IMG/VR virus record: IMGVR_UViG_3300045988_110848
Span: 1-34,081 of that record
Reading direction: 5' to 3' (one strand)
Origin: a virus
Length of the DNA stretch: 34,081 nucleotides
Shown: in pieces, positions 1 to 6,197 of the stretch
How positions within the stretch are numbered: position 1 is the first letter of the stretch
Layout: each line of letters starts with the position of its first letter
The notes under the pieces: model-generated
The model's database searches: none
The model's input: the letters and a program-made list of their open reading frames with translations, nothing else
What the model was told of the DNA's origin: nothing
Program-made: the position numbers and the translations under genes

Positions 1-47
1 AATATAATAATAAATACCTATTAAGTGAAATTAAAGAAGATATCAGA
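1..47. repeat. Terminal direct overlap, identical to 34035-34081 (circular closure or assembly overlap)
   Basis: AATATAATAATAAATACCTATTAAGTGAAATTAAAGAAGATATCAGA was read at both ends of the window. Confidence 0.95.
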
Positions 48-71
48 AAAATATTAAAAGAGGTGGAATAA
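1..71 (+). CDS. 3' end of the wrap-around ORF that starts at 33773
   Basis: Same frame through the 47-nt overlap; the TAA at 69-71 abuts ATG 72 of the next gene. Confidence 0.55.
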   Translation, partial: YNNKYLLSEIKEDIRKILKEVE

Positions 72-422
72 ATGAAATTAGAAGTTAAAGAAAATATGTA
101 TGTGAGAACTAAAGAAGGTTATATTTCTCAATACAAATATTATGATACAGCAAATATGGGAAAATTATTATGTATTCCTTTAAGCAACGGAACTTTTGCA
201 AATATAGAAGATGTAGTTAAAGCCAGTTATAACATAATAGATATATTGGAAAAAGGGGACTATGTTAATGGCTTACCAATTGTGTGTATATATGAAGATA
301 CCGAAACGAATGAAAAATATTTAGATTTATATGGTTGCATTTCGGAATGGGGCGAAGAAGATATCGTTTCAGTTGTAACAGAAGAACAATTTGAATATAT
401 GGGATATAGTGTAGGGAGATAA
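72..422 (+). CDS. Hypothetical protein
   Basis: ORF with a GAGGTGG SD-like sequence upstream; tightly packed with neighbours. Confidence 0.6.
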   Translation: MKLEVKENMYVRTKEGYISQYKYYDTANMGKLLCIPLSNGTFANIEDVVKASYNIIDILEKGDYVNGLPIVCIYEDTETNEKYLDLYGCISEWGEEDIVSVVTEEQFEYMGYSVGR

Positions 423-424
423 GT

Positions 425-622
425 ATGAAAATAATAAATAATACAAGTTTAAATTATTCAACTATTGGCTCAATAATAGATAACATAATGTCTAATACTA
501 AAGGAACTACCCATTATGTCGGACAAATAGAGTGGACTATATTAGAAATTAATAGTCATAAAATAAAAATACAAATAAGATATTTAAAAAAATATGTAGA
601 ATGGAGATTTGATGAAAAATGA
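425..622 (+). CDS. Hypothetical protein
   Basis: ORF with a GGGAG SD-like sequence upstream; its stop overlaps the next start (ATGA). Confidence 0.55.
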   Translation: MKIINNTSLNYSTIGSIIDNIMSNTKGTTHYVGQIEWTILEINSHKIKIQIRYLKKYVEWRFDEK

Positions 623-948
623 AAGTAATAGATTTATTAGTAAAAATATCAAAAGGCGAAAAAGTACCAAAAGAAATAAAATGGAGAGGTAATATGTATG
701 AATACTCCCCAATAGCAGCACAATATTATATTAAAGACAAAATTCATAATGTTGATAATTCATTAAGGGCAGCATTATATGATTTTAGTGATTTAAATAA
801 TGAATTAGAAATAATAGAAAAAAATAAGAAAATAGAACATTGTTTGAAAAGTGACAGATTTCTATGTGATAAGGCTGAAATGGAACATTTAAGAACTAAA
901 ATTGATGAACTAATAGATGTAGTTAATAAATTAAAAGGAGAAAAGTAA
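619..948 (+). CDS. Hypothetical protein
   Basis: ATGA-coupled ORF. Confidence 0.55.
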   Translation: MKVIDLLVKISKGEKVPKEIKWRGNMYEYSPIAAQYYIKDKIHNVDNSLRAALYDFSDLNNELEIIEKNKKIEHCLKSDRFLCDKAEMEHLRTKIDELIDVVNKLKGEK

Positions 949-1364
949 TGAATATAACAAATGAATTAATTGAAAAATTAGTTAAAGAGAATATTGAAAA
1001 AGAAATATCTGAATGTGAAATAGAAGAAATGGCAAGAGATACGATTAGAGAATTGATGGTAAGCAATTTAAAACAAATAACAAAAGAAAAAGTAAATATG
1101 ATTATTGAAGATGAGATAAAAAGAGTATTATCTGGAAGTATAGACACTGATGATGGTTGGGGAGATAAAAAACACTTCGATAGTTTTGAAGATTTCTTTA
1201 AAATAGAATTTAGCAAAAAAATGGAAAACACTTGGGAAATAAAAAGAATCATACAAAGAACAGTAGAAGATAAATTAAACGAACTATTTAAAAAGAAAAC
1301 TAAAGAAGTAACCACCGCAATTCAAGATATGGTATTAAAAGAAATGGTGAAAGAGGAAAAGTAG
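948..1364 (+). CDS. Hypothetical acidic or coiled-coil protein
   Basis: ORF with AAAGGAG upstream and a start that overlaps the previous stop. Confidence 0.55.
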   Translation: MNITNELIEKLVKENIEKEISECEIEEMARDTIRELMVSNLKQITKEKVNMIIEDEIKRVLSGSIDTDDGWGDKKHFDSFEDFFKIEFSKKMENTWEIKRIIQRTVEDKLNELFKKKTKEVTTAIQDMVLKEMVKEEK

Positions 1365-1365
1365 T

Positions 1366-1653
1366 ATGGAATTATGGATAAGAAGTCAAGATAAAAAAGA
1401 TTTAATTAAAGTTAATTCTTTATGGATAATGGATAATCAAATCTGAATGGAGGTTCCTTTTTATGAAAATCATAAGAAGTTAGGATTAACCCTATCAGGA
1501 CATAATCATAAGTTGGCGGAATATGAAACAGAAGAAAGAGCATTAGAAGTATTAACTGAAATACAAAATATGCTATATGCAGGATTAAAAGCAACTGATA
1601 ATAATCAATTAGCAGGTACAACGAGTATTGTATATCAAATGCCAGAAAATTAG
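1366..1653 (+). CDS. Small phage protein (MELWIRSQD...YQMPEN) interrupted by an in-frame TGA at 1444-1446, with ATG 1447 immediately after
   Basis: Codon-by-codon reading shows 26 codons, TGA, then the track ORF 1447-1653 in the same frame. There is no SD before 1447. Confidence 0.5.
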
Positions 1654-1665
1654 GAGGAAAAACTT

Positions 1666-1953
1666 ATGCTTAAACCAATAGATGATGAAAGAAAAGAATT
1701 AGAATATATAAAAAGTGAAAGGAAGAAAAAGATAATGGACAAAGATGAATTATTATTACAAATAGGTATTGAAGTGGGAAAAATAAAAAATAAGTTTGAT
1801 GAATTGCAAAATGAAAATAAACAATCGAAAGACAATTGGAATAAGTTAAAAGAATATATAAAATCCGAATGGACTTGTTTTGATAATGAAAGCGTTGAGT
1901 TTGAAGTCTCACAAGATATTCTAGATAAGATGCAAAAATTAGAGGAAAAATAA
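1666..1953 (+). CDS. Hypothetical coiled-coil protein
   Basis: ORF with a TAGGAGG SD upstream. Confidence 0.6.
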   Translation: MLKPIDDERKELEYIKSERKKKIMDKDELLLQIGIEVGKIKNKFDELQNENKQSKDNWNKLKEYIKSEWTCFDNESVEFEVSQDILDKMQKLEEK

Positions 1954-2099
1954 TGGAACCGCATAGAAGAAGAGAACTATTAAAGATAAGAAAGTCTTTT
2001 CTAGAAAGATATAAATTAGCAAAGCAATTTGGAGATAGTTTTTATACTAAGTATTTCGCTAAACAGATAAGAGATATAGATGAGGAATTAAAATCTTAA
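1953..2099 (+). CDS. Hypothetical 48-aa basic protein (below the track cutoff)
   Basis: ATG overlaps the previous TAA, and its own TAA overlaps ATG 2099; it fills the gap exactly. Confidence 0.45.
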   Translation: MEPHRRRELLKIRKSFLERYKLAKQFGDSFYTKYFAKQIRDIDEELKS

Positions 2100-2665
2100 T
2101 GAAAGAAAAATTAATATTAGATAATATAAATTTAATATATATGGTATTGAAAAGATATAATTTATATAATCAAATTGATGAATATTATGATATAGGAATG
2201 ATAGGATTAGTTAAAGGTGCTAATACTTTCAGTGAAGATAAAGGTTATAAAGTATCAACATATTTAACTTCTTGCATAACTCATGAAATACTCGCTTGTA
2301 GAAGAAAACAATTTATGCAAAAAAGAGGTAGTGGAGTACAAGATGTATCGATTTACACTCAAATAAATAATAATGGCAAGGAATTATATTTATTAGATGT
2401 TATTCCATCAAAAGAAAATATAGAAGATAATATTATAAAAAAAGAAAAAATAGAATTAATTTATAAAAAAATATTAGAATTAAATGAAAGAGATAAATTA
2501 ATAATATGTTCTACTTATGGTCTATTAGGCTATAAAGAATTAACTCAAAATCAGATAGCAGAAAATACAAATATAACACAAGGTCATGTAAGTAGAATAA
2601 TAAAAAAGTTTATAAAAGAATGTAAAGAAACATATAATGGAGGTAATAAAAATGAGCCAAAATAG
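2099..2665 (+). CDS. Phage-encoded sigma-70-family sigma factor (regions 2 and 4)
   Basis: Region-2-like YYDIGMIGLVKGANTFSEDKGYKVSTYLTSCITHEI. Region-4 HTH-like LTQNQIAENTNITQGHVSRIIKK. Confidence 0.8.
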   Translation: MKEKLILDNINLIYMVLKRYNLYNQIDEYYDIGMIGLVKGANTFSEDKGYKVSTYLTSCITHEILACRRKQFMQKRGSGVQDVSIYTQINNNGKELYLLDVIPSKENIEDNIIKKEKIELIYKKILELNERDKLIICSTYGLLGYKELTQNQIAENTNITQGHVSRIIKKFIKECKETYNGGNKNEPK

Positions 2666-2843
2666 TGAAAGAAAAATATTAAGAGAAAAAGAAAAAGATA
2701 AATTAAAAGAAATACGCAATACATACAATAGAAAACCAAAAGAAATATGCCCTAAGTGTCATAAAAAAAGTTTATTTATGACTAACAGTAAAAATGAAGT
2801 ATATTGTATAAGATGTAATAATTTAGTTGCAATAAAGAAATAA
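2652..2843 (+). CDS. Small zinc-ribbon protein (CPKC...CIRC)
   Basis: GGAGG at 2639-2643, 8 nt before ATG 2652. Two CxxC pairs. Overlaps the 3' end of the sigma gene. Confidence 0.55.
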   Translation: MSQNSERKILREKEKDKLKEIRNTYNRKPKEICPKCHKKSLFMTNSKNEVYCIRCNNLVAIKK

Positions 2844-2855
2844 TTATGCTATAAT
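2827..2855 (+). promoter_or_regulatory. Sigma-A-type promoter P1: TTGCAA-17 nt-TATAAT with an extended TG
   Basis: Spacer counted by hand. Shares the 18-nt AAATAATTATGCTATAAT with the promoter at 9522-9539. Confidence 0.6.
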
Positions 2856-2871
2856 AGGAAGTGGAAAAGTA

Positions 2872-2952
2872 GGAGAACAAGCAAAAACTAAAAATATTAT
2901 TTTCTTATAGACATTATTCATTCCTTTCAGAGATATAAAATGTTTGTTCTCC
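2872..2952 (+). promoter_or_regulatory. Leader helix: GGAGAACAAGC (2872-2882) pairs with GTTTGTTCTCC (2942-2952)
   Basis: 11 bp paired by hand (one G.U), enclosing 59 nt. Lies in the 180-nt untranslated leader between P1 and ATG 3036. Confidence 0.4.
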
Positions 2953-3035
2953 AATAAAATATTCTTTTATGAAATTATGGGTTTGCCTTTAGTGAGTTTG
3001 ATAATTTCTAACTTTTTTAGAATTGGAGGATAAAA

Positions 3036-3509
3036 ATGAAATATGAATTTATTAAAATTGATTTAGATACTTATAAATTGGTTTATACCAATAAAGATAA
3101 AAAAGAAGTATCTATAGAATTCAAAAGAACAAATGAAATGGCAAAAAATTTACAAGGAATAACTGCCAAAGCAAGAATTAAAATGTTTCAACAATTAAGT
3201 TCGATGGGCTTAACTAAAGATGATTTAATCATAAAAAGAGAAGATGGGAAAGGCCATACTACCTATGATGAAACAAATTATCAAGAATTTGAAAAAGGTT
3301 TTATTGAGGAAGAAAGCATTATGGTAACAAATGATATAATTGAAAAATGCTTTAAAATAAACATAAAAGAACTATTTGAAGATATGGGGCTTAACTTTGA
3401 AAAAGCAGAAAGCCAAGATATTAAGCAAGTAGAAATGTTTACTCAAAAATTCGCTACTATAATCAAAGGTGAAGAAGATAATTCTCCCAGTGGAGAAAAT
3501 AAAGAATAA
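3036..3509 (+). CDS. Putative tail assembly chaperone-like protein (G-like), acidic C-terminus
   Basis: GGAGG SD. Its 3' end overlaps the Gp15-like ORF. The assignment is positional and compositional only. Confidence 0.4.
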   Translation: MKYEFIKIDLDTYKLVYTNKDKKEVSIEFKRTNEMAKNLQGITAKARIKMFQQLSSMGLTKDDLIIKREDGKGHTTYDETNYQEFEKGFIEEESIMVTNDIIEKCFKINIKELFEDMGLNFEKAESQDIKQVEMFTQKFATIIKGEEDNSPSGENKE

Positions 3510-3885
3510 TTATAATAATAAGAACACAAACAAAACAATATTTTGCTTTGCTTACCAAGAAGATTTAGACCAAGCATATGCCTTTTATTGCAGTAGATAT
3601 GAAAATATTTCGTATGAAGAATTTATGCAATTAGGTTTATTTGAATTTAAAAAGAAATTAGAAAGTATACCTAAAGGCGAGCCTTTATATGATATTATAA
3701 AATCAAGAACAATAAATGTAGCAAGTATAAAAGATAAAGAAGAGCGAAAATATTGGAGAGAATTAAAAAGAATTAATCAAATACCTCAAATATTTATACC
3801 TACAAAGGAAATATTTGACAATTTAAAAGGTAGATTAAAAGAAACTAAACAATTAGGAGGAAATAATGGAAAGAGATTTAATTAA
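3469..3885 (+). CDS. Phage Gp15-like domain (T-like part of a chaperone?). Lacks a convincing start of its own and lies in the +1 frame relative to 3036-3509
   Basis: Pattern DQAYAFYCSRY...LFEFKKKL...PLYDIIKSRT...KYWRELK recalls the Gp15 family found between tail and tape-measure genes. This frame is open only from 3463. Confidence 0.4.
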   Translation: MKKIILPVEKIKNNYNNKNTNKTIFCFAYQEDLDQAYAFYCSRYENISYEEFMQLGLFEFKKKLESIPKGEPLYDIIKSRTINVASIKDKEERKYWRELKRINQIPQIFIPTKEIFDNLKGRLKETKQLGGNNGKRFN

Positions 3886-4279
3886 ATTTAATGAAAACAT
3901 CACAAAAATAACAAAAGGAATAGCAAAGTATGAAGATAATAAAGGGAATTATATGCTAATACCTACAGGCCAATTATTATGCAATGTAGAGTATATGGAA
4001 CTAGATGATATTAGTTATAAAAAAGCATTGTTTGAAAAGATAATTGATAAAAATGTTGTTTATAATAAAATTAAAGTAACAAAAGCAGTAGATAAATATA
4101 CTAAAACTAAAAATGAAAAAGATAAAGGCACTATCATAGATGCTGAAGTAGAAGTATCACAAGTATGGGTAGTTAAAAATGGTTTAGGTTTAACAAAAGC
4201 ATATAATAGAAAAGAAAAAGCCTTATCTTATGTAGAAGAAATCAATAATAAATATTTAGAAATGGCAGAGGTAAAATAA
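3866..4279 (+). CDS. Hypothetical protein
   Basis: ORF with a GGAGG SD. Confidence 0.6.
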   Translation: MERDLIKFNENITKITKGIAKYEDNKGNYMLIPTGQLLCNVEYMELDDISYKKALFEKIIDKNVVYNKIKVTKAVDKYTKTKNEKDKGTIIDAEVEVSQVWVVKNGLGLTKAYNRKEKALSYVEEINNKYLEMAEVK

Positions 4280-4482
4280 TGAGAGAAAAAGCAAATGAAC
4301 TAATGAATGCCATTTATAAGGAAGAAACTCAAGAAAAAATCAACAACACGAGAAATGCTTTTACCGACATTGCAACTTATATACTTGAAAATTTGAAAGA
4401 TAGCAGAGAAAAAAGTTTAGCAATGACAAAAATAGAAGAAGCCTGTATGTGGGCAATAAAAGGCATCACTAGAGAAAAATAG
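4279..4482 (+). CDS. Small two-helix protein with the motif SLAMTKIEEACMWAIKG
   Basis: ATGA-coupled ORF. The motif A-x-T-K-[IL]-E-E-A-x-M-W-A is one I recall recurring in small phage proteins. Confidence 0.55.
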   Translation: MREKANELMNAIYKEETQEKINNTRNAFTDIATYILENLKDSREKSLAMTKIEEACMWAIKGITREK

Positions 4483-4527
4483 GTATAATTATGAAAGATT
4501 AAAAGATATAATAAAGTAGGTGATACT

Positions 4528-4893
4528 ATGGCTAAAGAAGATAACTTAATACCAGGTGGATACAAGTTAACAATTGAAGAAGCCTCGAAAGGTGGAAAGA
4601 GGAGCGGAGAAGTAAGAAGACTTAAAAAAACCTTTAAATTGGCTTTAATGGAGGTTCTAGAAACAGAGGTAAAAGATGCTAATGGGAAGCCAACCGGAGA
4701 AACTTATCAAGACTTAGTTAATAAGGGGTTGCTTCATGGGGCAATGGCAGGTAATGCTTCCAATTATAAAACTATCCTTGAAACGATAGGAGAATTAGAG
4801 CCAGAAAAAACTGAGGTATCAGTTCCAACAATAAAATTAGAAATAGTAGATAATAGTAATTTGGAGAGTGTATTATATGATAATAAAGAATAA
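4528..4893 (+). CDS. Packaging-module protein with a KGGKRSGEVRRLKK motif; possible small terminase or DNA-binding subunit
   Basis: N-terminal NLIPGG...EEASKGGKRSGEVRR and C-terminal ...ILETIGELEPEK resemble proteins annotated as terS in Firmicute phages. From memory, not searched. Confidence 0.4.
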   Translation: MAKEDNLIPGGYKLTIEEASKGGKRSGEVRRLKKTFKLALMEVLETEVKDANGKPTGETYQDLVNKGLLHGAMAGNASNYKTILETIGELEPEKTEVSVPTIKLEIVDNSNLESVLYDNKE

Positions 4894-5218
4894 ATACCAT
4901 AACACTAAAGTTATCTATAATGGAATAAAGTTTGATAGTAAAAAAGAAATGCAGAGATATAAAGACCTTGAATTATTAGAGAGTACTGATTATATCTGTA
5001 ATCTAGAACTGCAAAAAAAATTCTTACTTCAAGAGGGATACACAAATGCTAAAGGTAAAAAGATAAGACCTATTTACTACATAGCAAACTTTTACTATTA
5101 CGATTATATTGATAATAAATGGGTAGTAGAAGATACCAAAGGAGTTAGAACAGAAGTTTATAAATTAAAGAAAAAATTATTTGAATATAAATATAATTTA
5201 ACAATAGATGAATTATAA
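4877..5218 (+). CDS. DUF1064-family protein (putative resolvase-like nuclease)
   Basis: KYHNTKVIYNGIKFDSKKEMQRYKDLELLE...YIANFYYYD...VVEDTKG...YKLKKKLF matches the DUF1064 pattern. ATG 4877 is preferred over GTG 4868. Confidence 0.7.
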   Translation: MIIKNKYHNTKVIYNGIKFDSKKEMQRYKDLELLESTDYICNLELQKKFLLQEGYTNAKGKKIRPIYYIANFYYYDYIDNKWVVEDTKGVRTEVYKLKKKLFEYKYNLTIDEL

Positions 5219-5906
5219 AAGGTTGGGAGATATACAAACCGCGAATGAGTATATCAAGTATTAATGCGAGAGGTAGGGCAAGTAATACAAATTTTGTGAA
5301 TACTACTCTTATAGGTAGTATACTGATGATATATGCCCGCTAATTTAATTAGGAGGACTTAATCGCTTATAAACGACTAGTTATATCATCAGTATAGTAC
5401 TTATAAGTATAAAAGACTTAAAGAACCGATGCCTGACTATAGTTTAGGGTGTCAGTAAACATTTATAAGTACTATCATATCCTAATTTTATTAAAGTGCT
5501 ATCTATTTTATAGGTAGCATAGAGCAGATAGAAATAATGGAGCAAATGGTTATAGAAAGTATCGCTGATGCTGGAGTACTTCTATGGAAATAGACGAACT
5601 GACGAGTTTGTTAAAGCCTTATCTGTTCTATGGTGCTTATAAAAAATATATAAAAGACTGTATCGAGTTTAACATATTAATTTATGGTTTAAAAAGCCTC
5701 GGAAGAAGTTGCTGACTGAAAAAACTAAAACGCAAGGTTTGGTTGGCCTTTATATTGATTATAAGCACTACTAAACCAAACCCCTTTATAAGTACTGCTA
5801 TTAAGCAGTACACTGATAATATGTAAGTGTAGGTTAGGTTCGCCAATGTGGCACTATATTTCTAACAGGCTAACTACTTTAGAAAACTAGACATATTATT
5901 AGTGTA
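5219..5906 (+). ncRNA. ORF-free, hairpin-dense island: candidate large structured RNA and/or pac/cos region
   Basis: No ORF of 60 aa or more in any frame. Many hand-paired helices, including G.U pairs valid only on the + strand. Dispersed direct repeats. Confidence 0.4.
5308..5407. repeat. Long inverted repeat, 5308-5333 / 5382-5407 (26 positions: 1 mismatch, 1 G.U), with a 48-nt spacer
   Basis: Paired base by base (i+j=5415). Confidence 0.85.
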
Positions 5907-5945
5907 GTGTTTAATAACACTGGAAAGAAAAAGGAGGTGTCAGAA

Positions 5946-6188
5946 ATGGCAAAAAAAAGTAACGATGGAAAGAAAAAGGTTGATGTTATCAGTTTAGATA
6001 ACAAGCCAGTTAATCCAGAAGTACAAAAAGAAAAAGTAGAAGTACCTACAAAGTTCGTTAAAGTTGGTTCTACTACTCCAAAAACAGTAGAAAGTAAAAT
6101 CAAGTTAAATAATGGAAGAGTATATAAAAACTTAGGCAATGGCTATGGTATGTATTCTGATAATGGACAAGTATTTAGACTTAAATAG
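5946..6188 (+). CDS. Hypothetical lysine-rich 80-aa protein
   Basis: AAGGAGG SD at 5931-5937 before ATG 5946. The track start at 5907 lies in a hairpin. Confidence 0.55.
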   Translation: MAKKSNDGKKKVDVISLDNKPVNPEVQKEKVEVPTKFVKVGSTTPKTVESKIKLNNGRVYKNLGNGYGMYSDNGQVFRLK

Positions 6189-6197
6189 GAGGTAAAT

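Noticed and set aside
923-1315. Minus-strand ORFs in the track: 923-1315, 1412-1621, 1650-1964, 2540-2728, 4377-4565, 5879-6139, 7668-7856, 9218-9439, 10156-10389, 11959-12183, 12730-12915, 14573-14755, 14971-15216, 16185-16577, 17202-17387, 17700-17996, 22504-22728, 23287-23796, 23669-23857, 25852-26034, 27189-27422, 28035-28250, 28375-28563 and 31339-31617
   Set aside because: All lie antisense to + strand genes that have SDs, coupling and recognisable motifs. Their translations are low-complexity F/L/I/S-rich strings typical of the reverse frame of AT-rich coding DNA. I saw no convincing SD or promoter for them.
5245-5343. A 32-codon ATG ORF inside the non-coding island
   Set aside because: There is no SD at a usable distance (the nearest GGGAGA is about 15 nt upstream). 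The ORF runs through both strands of predicted helices and has no recognisable peptide features.
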